64,000 nt of DNA from positions 1 through 64,000 of the forward strand of contig JAZDNF010000001.1 of NCBI GenBank assembly GCA_043800255.1, given 5' to 3'. The translations under genes were made by a program, and so were the position numbers. This DNA comes from Candidatus Altiarchaeota archaeon. GTDB taxonomy: Archaea; Altiarchaeota; Altiarchaeia; IMC4; SCGC-AAA252-I15. The notes under the pieces were generated by a model. That model did no database searches. It was not told the DNA's origin and was given only the letters and a program-made list of their open reading frames with translations. Of this stretch, positions 1 through 8,713 are shown piece by piece; position 1 is the stretch's first letter, and each line of letters opens with the position of its first letter.

Positions 1-1
1 T

Positions 2-1879
2 AGTGGGGGTGTGGGTAGTTGTGTGCTTACTGCTCCTTGTGGTGCTGGTGTGTATGGTTATTGGGGTTGTGTTGATTTGGATTTTGATGGTGATTATGAT
101 GCTCCTGGTGAGCAGAGTTTGAAGGAGTTTATTGTTGTCACTACCAGTTCAACCACGTCTTCGACGTCTACCACTACGACTTCCACTTCCACTTCAACTA
201 CATCCACTACCTCAACAACCTCTACTACGAGTACAACCAGCACAACATCAACAACCACGACCTCAACCACAACGACCCTGATAAACTGTAATGCACTCTA
301 TCCTGGGTTCGGCTGTATGCAGGATTGCAGTTGCTGCACTGCGAATTGCATGATGGCTGGCTATCCCAGCTCAACATGTTATGACATATCACCAGAGGAG
401 TGTGGTGTGAATTATGAAGCATGCTGCAGGTGCAATCAGGACTGCGACTGGAGGGTCGTCGAGATAAAAGGCGATAGCTACTTCAGCATCACAGTACAAC
501 AGTTTGATTCCGAAGAGGTTAACGAGACCAGGATTGTCAACTATACTGGCCTACTTGAAGAACTAGACGACCGAAAACTTCCGTTCCCAGACGAGTATGA
601 CCACGAGCCAACTGACAATATGGAAGTACTAGCCACACACGACAACGAACAATGTGTCAGCATTGATGAAACAACCTGCGACAAGGGCGTAACATACACC
701 TGTAGTCCCGAAGTCTGCCCACCATCTGGACTAAACTACTGGATATGCGATATTGGGACGGCAACCTGCGCGTGCCCGACGACCCAATGTAACGGTGTGA
801 CATGCAATTGTTTTGGTTATAGTAACCTGACTGCAGAGTTCTATTTCCCATTACCTTCTGGGTCTTACGACCAGTACATATTCTGCGGAGAGTCGATTCA
901 CAAGAACAGGCCGGGTTACATAGAGAATATCCGGGGATTCAACGATAACGATTGGTTCTGGGCTAACGACTCAATCTGCGAGGCGTGTTTCATATTAAAC
1001 GTTACACACCCCGGATGCCCTGATTCTAGGGGTCCTATCGCAGGTGACTACTGTTACAATCCTGATTACTATAATTGGGGTGTTTGCGTTGCCACTGGAG
1101 GTGTAATCGACCCTGACAATCCTTCTGGTCTGAATGAGTGCTACTCTGCTGGCGGCGACAGCTGGTGCAGTGCCCTCACCGGTGGCGCAAGACCTGAGTG
1201 CTGGTGCCTGCCGTTGATTAACCTGACTTTGGATGTCGGCTGGGATTATCGTTCGCCGTGGGAGTGGCAGAACTATTCGTATTATTTTGAGGGGCCTAAG
1301 AGGGTATGGCTGACAGACTATCAAGCTATTATCGACAAGATTAATGGAATATTGGACAGAAACTGCGACTGCTATGGCTGCACCATCGTCGGAGATTCCT
1401 GTCGCATTCCCCTAGTATTCGATTCGGAAAGGATTAACAACTCAGTCTACAATGTGGTTGAAGGCAACCTCACAGTGGATGATATAAACTTCTCATACTC
1501 TGTTATCCGTGTCATTGATTCTGTGGGTTATGGCGCCACATTCAAGTACGCTGACGGCGCCCACTGGTACATAGAATACAACGACAGCATCAGCACCTCA
1601 GAATTTGACATTATCATACCGTCCGATTGCAGCACCTGCGAAAGGCAGAACTACACATCCTATGATTTCGACCATCCAGGGACTGAAGACGCTGCGGATG
1701 ATGCGATGTACCGGCTGCTCGCGCAGTCTGACCAATACTCCAGCGGAGTTATCGGGCCATGGACTCTGCCTGAAACAGTCTACTTCAACCCGGCGGCCAT
1801 GTGGTTTTCCGGCGATATGATAATCCGAACCCAGACCCTATGGGGCCCGGTTATGGTTAAGATTATCGTGTGGATATAG
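2..1879 (+). CDS. 5'-truncated Cys-rich, Thr/Ser-linker surface protein of the pilus locus (putative adhesin/minor pilus component)
   Basis: Frame is open from the window edge. About 40 Cys in clusters, a DxDxDGD loop, a Thr/Ser linker and many NxS/T sequons; ends LWGPVMVKIIVWI. Lies directly upstream of pilus genes. Confidence 0.7.
   Translation, partial: SGGVGSCVLTAPCGAGVYGYWGCVDLDFDGDYDAPGEQSLKEFIVVTTSSTTSSTSTTTTSTSTSTTSTTSTTSTTSTTSTTSTTTTSTTTTLINCNALYPGFGCMQDCSCCTANCMMAGYPSSTCYDISPEECGVNYEACCRCNQDCDWRVVEIKGDSYFSITVQQFDSEEVNETRIVNYTGLLEELDDRKLPFPDEYDHEPTDNMEVLATHDNEQCVSIDETTCDKGVTYTCSPEVCPPSGLNYWICDIGTATCACPTTQCNGVTCNCFGYSNLTAEFYFPLPSGSYDQYIFCGESIHKNRPGYIENIRGFNDNDWFWANDSICEACFILNVTHPGCPDSRGPIAGDYCYNPDYYNWGVCVATGGVIDPDNPSGLNECYSAGGDSWCSALTGGARPECWCLPLINLTLDVGWDYRSPWEWQNYSYYFEGPKRVWLTDYQAIIDKINGILDRNCDCYGCTIVGDSCRIPLVFDSERINNSVYNVVEGNLTVDDINFSYSVIRVIDSVGYGATFKYADGAHWYIEYNDSISTSEFDIIIPSDCSTCERQNYTSYDFDHPGTEDAADDAMYRLLAQSDQYSSGVIGPWTLPETVYFNPAAMWFSGDMIIRTQTLWGPVMVKIIVWI
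140..277 (+). repeat. Low-complexity Thr/Ser linker (STT repeats), A/C-rich DNA
   Basis: Translation TTSSTTSSTSTTTTSTSTSTTSTTSTTSTTSTTSTTSTTTTSTTTT. Confidence 0.9.
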
Positions 1880-1882
1880 GCA

Positions 1883-3223
1883 ATGAAGAATAGAGGGATA
1901 ATTTACACGCTGGTGACGGTAGTCATGATAATGATGTTCAGCAGCTTAATCCAATATTATATTACAGTATCAAGGCCTAAGATAGAAACTATGATAACGA
2001 ACATACAAACAGACGAGTTGCACTACTTCATCGAGTCAATAAAAGAGGACTTCGAGAGGTCAGCCAGGATAACAGCCCAGCGGGCGATGGTATACCTCTC
2101 AGGTTATATCATGGACCAGCCGGATACCACCGGCTTTGTTAACGTCAGAAACTATCAGATGGTGCCTCCCTCCTGCTCGGATATAGTATACAAGCCAGAC
2201 GGCGTCCAGGCTGCTATGGCAGAGCTCATGCTATGCAATACCCTTTTCGGAAGCAGCGCCGGTGTCGCAGAGTATATGGAAAATAACACCCTCTTCAACT
2301 GGACGGCGAACATCTCCCGTTTGGCTGATGAGAACGGATACGTTGCCCAGATGAGACTATTCAACGTCACAATCAGGCCATTCGGACCCTATAATATGCT
2401 CATCGTGGGAGAGATCGAGGCCAGCCTTAGGGACAAGAGCAACTTAAGCTTTTTCGTCGGTAACATAACCGCATCATCGATGGTGTCCCTGCAGGGCTTC
2501 TCCGATCCCCTCTATGATGTTCTGACCGGCAGGCCTGAACTGATTGCGGGAAGAGATTTCACACCCTGCAACATGTCAGGCACGGTAGACTACCAGAGGG
2601 TTGACGAGTGGATAAACCAGTCCTGCTACTTCAACAGCAGTTCGCTCTATCTTGCGCCAACATTCTTTAACCGGATGGAGGGGAACTTAGACCCAACTAA
2701 TCCTGATTGGAGCAAATACTATGCGCAAGCTGACGAGATGGCAGTGCAATCTGGGTTGGAAGATATCCGCGGATCGGGGTTGGAGAGCATCGCAGACTTG
2801 GACCTGTTCTCCGAGAAGGGCGTCGCAGTGAACAAGGATAACACATGGGTTGACTACCTATACTGGCAGAATGTACCGGGACAGTGCTGGGCGAATAATA
2901 TGCCCTCCTACCATCAGGACTTCAGAATAGACCGTGCCCATGCCCTAAACTATGGGATACAGGGCGTCTACTGCGGTGGTGTTAGGATATGCGGCCAAAC
3001 CTACTGGTGCGGAAAAAACGATGGAGTCAACCCGGACGACTTCGGAGCAAACTGCGAATACAATTATGTCACCGCATCTGATCCAGATTCACACAGGACG
3101 CCCGTATGTGATGGGACTCTTGTGCCATTCGCATGCAACCTGTGTCCCAACATACCTGGTGTGACCGACTGCTGCGCGGCAGCCGGACAGTGGGATGGAG
3201 ATAACCTGGTTGTCTTATACTGA
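1883..3223 (+). CDS. Minor pilin-like/pilus-associated protein with class III-like signal peptide and Cys-rich C-terminus
   Basis: MKNRG|IIYTLVTVVMIMM (basic-G then hydrophobic helix); 3 bp after the previous gene and upstream of the pilus ATPase. Confidence 0.65.
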   Translation: MKNRGIIYTLVTVVMIMMFSSLIQYYITVSRPKIETMITNIQTDELHYFIESIKEDFERSARITAQRAMVYLSGYIMDQPDTTGFVNVRNYQMVPPSCSDIVYKPDGVQAAMAELMLCNTLFGSSAGVAEYMENNTLFNWTANISRLADENGYVAQMRLFNVTIRPFGPYNMLIVGEIEASLRDKSNLSFFVGNITASSMVSLQGFSDPLYDVLTGRPELIAGRDFTPCNMSGTVDYQRVDEWINQSCYFNSSSLYLAPTFFNRMEGNLDPTNPDWSKYYAQADEMAVQSGLEDIRGSGLESIADLDLFSEKGVAVNKDNTWVDYLYWQNVPGQCWANNMPSYHQDFRIDRAHALNYGIQGVYCGGVRICGQTYWCGKNDGVNPDDFGANCEYNYVTASDPDSHRTPVCDGTLVPFACNLCPNIPGVTDCCAAAGQWDGDNLVVLY

Positions 3224-3279
3224 TTACCTCTGAAGTAATTTTCCTGTTTTTAATGGTCTAAAAATATAGATAACCGACT

Positions 3280-5052
3280 ATGGAGGCCGATTTAAGGGAG
3301 CTGCTTCGCATAATACGGGACGATAAACGGATAAACCTCGAAGACGCTGCCGTACGGCTGAAAGCCGATAAAAAACAGATTTTCGTGTGGGCGGAGGAGC
3401 TCAAAAAGAAGGGACTGATCGAGATAGAGCCACACTTCCTGAAGGCCCCAGATCTCATGCCATCAAAGAAGCTGCTGACTGCATCAGAGAAGATTTCGAA
3501 GGCGCCTGCGGAAGAGCCCAAGGAAACAAAAAAGAAAATAACGGTCAAAAAACCAGAAACAAAGGTTGATGAAACCGGCCGGGTCATCATAACGTCCTAC
3601 GATGTCATGCTAGAGGAGTTGAAGCTGCCTGTTATGATATCAGACGTCGGCGACTACGTCTACCACTACATCATGAAAACACCGCAGGTTGACTTCGTGA
3701 CCCGCGCCCTGCTAGATGAGACCAAAAGAAGCCTGGTTGGCGAGATACAGATAGAAACCCACGACGTACTAAACCAGGATAGGGTCAAACTCCTGAGGAC
3801 GAAATTCTTCAACAGGTCAAAAGAGAAGATGAAGACCGTATTGAAGAAGGCGACAGACGATTACCTGTCAATGCTCGGCAGAGTGCTTGTTAACGAGATG
3901 ATAGGGTTGGGCGACATCGAGTACCTTCTGGCAGACAAATACTTGGAAGAGGTCGTGGTAAACAACAGCAAGGACGTACTCTGGGCTTACCACAGGGAAT
4001 ACGGATGGATTAAGACGAACCTGATACTGCCCACAGAGGACATGATAATGAACTATTCGGCAAGGATTGCGAGGGAAGTCGGCAGGGAGATAACGCACCT
4101 TGAGCCCCTCTTGGACGCTCACCTGGTGACAGGAGACAGGGTGAACTCGACGCTGTTCCCGATATCAACCATGGGAAACACGATTACCATACGACGATTC
4201 TCAAGGAACCCGTTGACGATGATCCACATGCTTGAAAAAGAAAGGAAGACGATAAGCCTCGATGCTGCAGCATTCCTGTGGATGGCCATGGAGTACGAAC
4301 TGTCCATCCTGATTGCCGGCGGGACCGCGTCAGGGAAGACCACTATGTTGAATGCCATGATGCCCTTCCTGCCAGCCAACCATAGGATAATCAGCATAGA
4401 GGATACACGAGAGCTTAATCTGCCTAAGTTCCTCCACTGGATTCCGCTCACGATAAGGCCTCCGAATCCCCGCGGAGAGGGAGAGATCTCCATGCTCGAC
4501 CTCATAGAGAACGCCCTGAGGATGAGGCCCGACAGGATAATCGTCGGAGAGGTCAGGCGTAAGAGGGAGACTGAAGTGCTGTTCGAGGCGATGCACACCG
4601 GACATTCCGTGCTGGGCACATTCCACGCAGAACAGGCGTATGAGGTCGTGGACAGGATAACGACCCCGCCCATGGACATCCCGGGGACCGTATTAAGCTC
4701 TCTGCAGCTGATTGTCGTCCAGTACAGGAACAGGAGAACCGGCGTCAGAAGGACGTTCGAGATAGCCGAGCTTGTGAAAGGCGCGGAGAAGCCGGAGTTG
4801 AACACGCTATTCAAGTGGAACGCCAGGACAGACACGATAGAGTCGGTCTACCCCAGCCTCAGGATAAAAGAGGAGCTTGAGGTTTTCGCCGGCATGAACG
4901 AGTCCGAAATAGAACAGGATCTTGAAGGCAAGAAGAAAATACTCAAGTGGCTGCTTGACAATCACATAAATTCGGTCAACGAAGTAGGTCGGCTCGTCAC
5001 CCAGTATTATATTGACAAGGATGTTGTAATAGATGTAATAGGAAAGAAATAG
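3280..5052 (+). CDS. Type IV pilus assembly ATPase (VirB11/CpaF/FlaI family) with N-terminal winged-helix-like extension
   Basis: Walker A GGTASGKTT, IEDTREL Asp box, LRMRPDRIIVGEVR Walker B, AMHTGH His box. Confidence 0.95.
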   Translation: MEADLRELLRIIRDDKRINLEDAAVRLKADKKQIFVWAEELKKKGLIEIEPHFLKAPDLMPSKKLLTASEKISKAPAEEPKETKKKITVKKPETKVDETGRVIITSYDVMLEELKLPVMISDVGDYVYHYIMKTPQVDFVTRALLDETKRSLVGEIQIETHDVLNQDRVKLLRTKFFNRSKEKMKTVLKKATDDYLSMLGRVLVNEMIGLGDIEYLLADKYLEEVVVNNSKDVLWAYHREYGWIKTNLILPTEDMIMNYSARIAREVGREITHLEPLLDAHLVTGDRVNSTLFPISTMGNTITIRRFSRNPLTMIHMLEKERKTISLDAAAFLWMAMEYELSILIAGGTASGKTTMLNAMMPFLPANHRIISIEDTRELNLPKFLHWIPLTIRPPNPRGEGEISMLDLIENALRMRPDRIIVGEVRRKRETEVLFEAMHTGHSVLGTFHAEQAYEVVDRITTPPMDIPGTVLSSLQLIVVQYRNRRTGVRRTFEIAELVKGAEKPELNTLFKWNARTDTIESVYPSLRIKEELEVFAGMNESEIEQDLEGKKKILKWLLDNHINSVNEVGRLVTQYYIDKDVVIDVIGKK

Positions 5053-5065
5053 CAGGGATATCGAA

Positions 5066-5932
5066 ATGCCCGGCATTTACCAATCAAAAAAACTGAGGAA
5101 GACATCGCAGATATTCCAACCGCATGCGAAGAAACTTGTCATACTCTTCCCAGACCTGGAGTGGGACCTTAAGAAGGCAGGATACACCATGGACACCGTC
5201 GAGTTCCTGTCGGTATCGCTCTACCTATCGCTTCTCATACTATTCGTCTCCATACTGGTAATCGTGATCCCGCTTGTCGTTGCGAAAGGCGTCACATACT
5301 TTTACATTTCGATGGCATTCGCGGTTATCGTGACCGCGATGCTCTTCGTATACCTCCTGTTCCAGCCGAAAGCCGAGATACAGAAGAGAGGCAGGAGGAT
5401 TGACAGGGATCTTGAATACCTGCTGAAGGACATGAAGATACAGCTCAGCTCTGGCGTGCCCCTGTTCGACACGATAGTGAATGTCGGGGGAGGCAGATAT
5501 GGCGAGTGTTCGGACATAGCAGACGGCATCGTGCAGGAGGTCGAATCCGGGAAGTCCATAAGCGACGTGCTTGATGACGTTGGGCTGTGGTCTCCATCAG
5601 AGTATCTTAGGAACGTGCTGTGGCAGATAGTCAATGCAGTGAGGTCAGGGTCGGACATAAAGAACGCTCTGGAGGCGATATCAAATGACATAAGGATAGA
5701 CAAGGAGAACAAGATCAAAGCTTATGCGCAGGAACTGAACCTCTGGGGTCTGATATACATGATGGTGGCGGTGGTTATGCCTTCTATGGGCGTCACACTC
5801 CTCATCATAATGTCCAGCTTCGTGGGAGCGGAGTTCGTAACGGAACCGCTTTTCTGGTTCATACTTCTGTTCCTGACACTCTTCCAGATATTCTTCATCT
5901 CATATGTCCAAAGCAGGAGGCCGACAGTCTAA
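5066..5932 (+). CDS. Type II secretion system F / TadC-like pilus platform membrane protein
   Basis: TM helices flanking DLEYLLKDMKIQLSSGVPLFD...SGSDIKNALEAI; follows the ATPase. Confidence 0.9.
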   Translation: MPGIYQSKKLRKTSQIFQPHAKKLVILFPDLEWDLKKAGYTMDTVEFLSVSLYLSLLILFVSILVIVIPLVVAKGVTYFYISMAFAVIVTAMLFVYLLFQPKAEIQKRGRRIDRDLEYLLKDMKIQLSSGVPLFDTIVNVGGGRYGECSDIADGIVQEVESGKSISDVLDDVGLWSPSEYLRNVLWQIVNAVRSGSDIKNALEAISNDIRIDKENKIKAYAQELNLWGLIYMMVAVVMPSMGVTLLIIMSSFVGAEFVTEPLFWFILLFLTLFQIFFISYVQSRRPTV

Positions 5933-5933
5933 T

Positions 5934-7109
5934 ATGGAACCAACGCAGATCAGAAGGGAAGCCAAAACCAGACCAACACAGCAGTTCAAGGACATAACCT
6001 ACAAGATATCATTGATGTTCCAGTGGGTTTTCGAGATTCTAATATGGGCTGCAAATGCCATCCTAACATTCGTCGCAGTCGTGTTCAGGAACGTAGCCCG
6101 CATACTAGGGGTGTTTATGATCTACATACCCAACCTCGTTGAACCCTACATCCCACTAAAGGGCCGCAGCAGACTTGAAAAGATGCTCGTGTATGCAGGG
6201 CTCAAAATAAAGGCGGAGGAGTTGACAACGATAGCCATCATCTACAGCGTTGTCGTGTCCATAGTCGCATTTATTGTGGCGGGAATAATCCACCTTTCGC
6301 CCTATCTCATGATATCGGCCGCAGTTTTATCCTTTGTCATCACATGGATTTTGATGTTCATGTTACTACAGCTGCTTATCTACAGACGAACCGAAAGCGT
6401 CGAAAATGCCCTTCCCGATGTGCTTGATATGGTAGCTCAGAACATGGTAACTGGGATGACTACTTACAACTCCCTTTGGGTTGCAGCTCGTCCCGAATTC
6501 GGCCCCCTCGCAGTGGAGATGCAGAACGCTGCGAAGGTCACGCTGGCAGGCAGCCCCTTGGAGAAGGCTCTCCTGAACGTGTCGCAGAGAATCCAGTCAG
6601 AGAAGCTTGAGAGGAGCATAAAGCTTATAGTGCAGGGCATGCGTTCCGGCGGGGAACTGCCGACCGTTCTTCAAGGCGTCTCAAAGGACATGAGGGCTGA
6701 GAGGAATCTTAAGAAGCAGATGCGGGCGGAGACAAGCGCATACGCTCTTTTCATATTGTTCACAATCGTCGTGGGGGCACCCCTACTGTTCTCGATATCG
6801 CTCCAGTTTATGACCATATTCTCCACACTATTCGAGAAAACAGGGGTGGCTGACATTTCAGATGAGTTCGATGCGGGGGGCATGAAGATATCTGCCATAG
6901 CTATAACTCCTGGTTTTTTCATGAGATATATTGTGGCGACAATCATAGTGATATCATTCTTTGGGGGTCTGCTGTTGGGCCTCATAAGGTCAGGTAATAT
7001 GATATCCGGCATACAGCTTGTGCCGGTAACCTTGGTTGCCTCGCTTTCTGTCTTTTTCACCCTAAATTTCGTACTGTCAAACGCATTCGAATCGTTTCTC
7101 GGATTTTAG
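5934..7109 (+). CDS. Second T2SS-F / TadC-like pilus platform membrane protein
   Basis: VENALPDVLDMVAQNMVTG...EFGPLA...SGGELPTVL; ATG at 5934 preferred over the ORF-track start at 5904. Confidence 0.9.
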   Translation: MEPTQIRREAKTRPTQQFKDITYKISLMFQWVFEILIWAANAILTFVAVVFRNVARILGVFMIYIPNLVEPYIPLKGRSRLEKMLVYAGLKIKAEELTTIAIIYSVVVSIVAFIVAGIIHLSPYLMISAAVLSFVITWILMFMLLQLLIYRRTESVENALPDVLDMVAQNMVTGMTTYNSLWVAARPEFGPLAVEMQNAAKVTLAGSPLEKALLNVSQRIQSEKLERSIKLIVQGMRSGGELPTVLQGVSKDMRAERNLKKQMRAETSAYALFILFTIVVGAPLLFSISLQFMTIFSTLFEKTGVADISDEFDAGGMKISAIAITPGFFMRYIVATIIVISFFGGLLLGLIRSGNMISGIQLVPVTLVASLSVFFTLNFVLSNAFESFLGF

Positions 7110-7270
7110 GAGTCGGAAGCGTCCTTATCCCCGATGCAGTCCTTCGCCTTCTCAGCAGAGATCAAGGGACTAGCCTGAAGGTTACCTGCAATTTTAGAGT
7201 GTGGTTTAATCATTAAAATAGCAAAAAGTTTAATGGTTTCTACAGACCAGACGAAGTTCGTTCTGCATTT

Positions 7271-8629
7271 ATGGACGGTAAAAATTCATCCTCATGGGAC
7301 CAATTCTGGGCTAAACAAAGCCCGCTTGTTAAATTTCTGCGGGAGAATTATTTTAATAGAATCTTTGTATCATTTCTTCACAAGTTTTCTGAAAAAAATG
7401 AGTCCATTCTTGAAGTAGGGTGTGGGGAAGCTTCATTTAGCAAGTATATGGATGTTTATTATGGGATTGACAACTGTATAACCGTCCTTAAAAAATCGAA
7501 ATCAAAATTTCTTATCTGCGGGGATGCTACTAATCTACCTATCAAAGATTCTTCCGTCGATGTCGTTTGGAGTCAGGGTCTGATTGAACACTTTGATAAT
7601 GAAAAAAATTGTATCAACGAGATGTTGCGTGTGTCAAGGAAAGGAGTCGTAGGCGTAGTTCCCTCGAGATTATTCGTTCCTTGGAAGGTTATCTCACAAT
7701 TGTTTCCACCAATCTGGCCTTGGATGGAACAAAAATTTTACTCCATACAGGAGCTGAACTACTTGCTGCTGGACTATCCAGTCCTACAGCTGAAGCGTCT
7801 ACTGCTGACATTGGGGCTTTGTATAGGTTTCTTTGTACCTAAACTCAGTAAAAGGGAGTTGAGAGAATACTATGAGTGTGAGGGCTCTACTGGCAATAGG
7901 ATTGACCTCATGTATCATAGTCCAAACAGGTACCGAAGCTGGTACCACAGACGTAGGAAGGAGTTAACAGAAAAAGAACTAAGGCTGATTGTTAATAATG
8001 GTTCATCATATGTCGAGATAGGTTGTGGTGCAGGTCAATTTTTGAAGAATCTAGGCGGAATCAAGTTATCTGTCGGTGTTGATATCTCAAGGAGTTACAT
8101 CGGCATTGCAAAGATGGCAAGTCCAAATTCCTGTTATATGGTGGCCGACGCGGAATTTTTACCGATAAAGGACAATTCATTCGAAGTTGTGGGGTGTATG
8201 GAAGTCCTGGAACATGTAACAAACATTAAGGGCGTTTTAATGGAATTGAGAAGGATTTCAAGAGATAAAATCCTGATAACAATTCCTACAGAATATGGAA
8301 ACCCAATTTTCAAAATCTCAAGACTACTCCTAGGGGAGTGGGTAGAGTTTATGAAAGGCTTTAATGAGCCTTTCAAAGGCCACATCCATCCGCTTTCGGC
8401 TTCTCTTGCCGGAGAATTGTTCAGGGATAATCTGGGCAAGCTAGAGAGAATCGTGCCAGTCCACACCATTGCCATTTCACCCATCATGTTCTCACTGTCC
8501 AACAGATATCATGTACTAAACAAAATCTTTCGTCCGCTAATAGCGGCAGGAGACTTCTTAGAAGATTTGACAAGCATTTTCCTTAAATGGTGGGGGATAT
8601 CAACAATCTTTGTTTTCAAAAAACAGTAG
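7271..8629 (+). CDS. Tandem two-domain class I SAM-dependent methyltransferase
   Basis: Two motif-I copies (ILEVGCGEA, YVEIGCGAG) and two DA.xLPIKDxS.....xxEH segments; visibly AT-richer than the flanks. Confidence 0.85.
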   Translation: MDGKNSSSWDQFWAKQSPLVKFLRENYFNRIFVSFLHKFSEKNESILEVGCGEASFSKYMDVYYGIDNCITVLKKSKSKFLICGDATNLPIKDSSVDVVWSQGLIEHFDNEKNCINEMLRVSRKGVVGVVPSRLFVPWKVISQLFPPIWPWMEQKFYSIQELNYLLLDYPVLQLKRLLLTLGLCIGFFVPKLSKRELREYYECEGSTGNRIDLMYHSPNRYRSWYHRRRKELTEKELRLIVNNGSSYVEIGCGAGQFLKNLGGIKLSVGVDISRSYIGIAKMASPNSCYMVADAEFLPIKDNSFEVVGCMEVLEHVTNIKGVLMELRRISRDKILITIPTEYGNPIFKISRLLLGEWVEFMKGFNEPFKGHIHPLSASLAGELFRDNLGKLERIVPVHTIAISPIMFSLSNRYHVLNKIFRPLIAAGDFLEDLTSIFLKWWGISTIFVFKKQ

Positions 8630-8713
8630 AATAAATCCAAGAATCGAAACTTCAAAATCCGCTTTATTAATTATCAACTTTCATAATCTATTGAAATCCA
8701 ATACTCTAAAGTA

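Noticed and set aside
1-1879. Diversity-generating retroelement target suggested by the A-poor segment
   Set aside because: No reverse transcriptase or TR/VR pair in the window, and the bias is at synonymous third positions for both A and C.
7106-7213. 35-aa minus-strand ORF (MIKPHSKIAGNLQ...) and weak stems in the tadC-MTase gap
   Set aside because: No recognisable motif or translation signal; likely chance at the cassette boundary.
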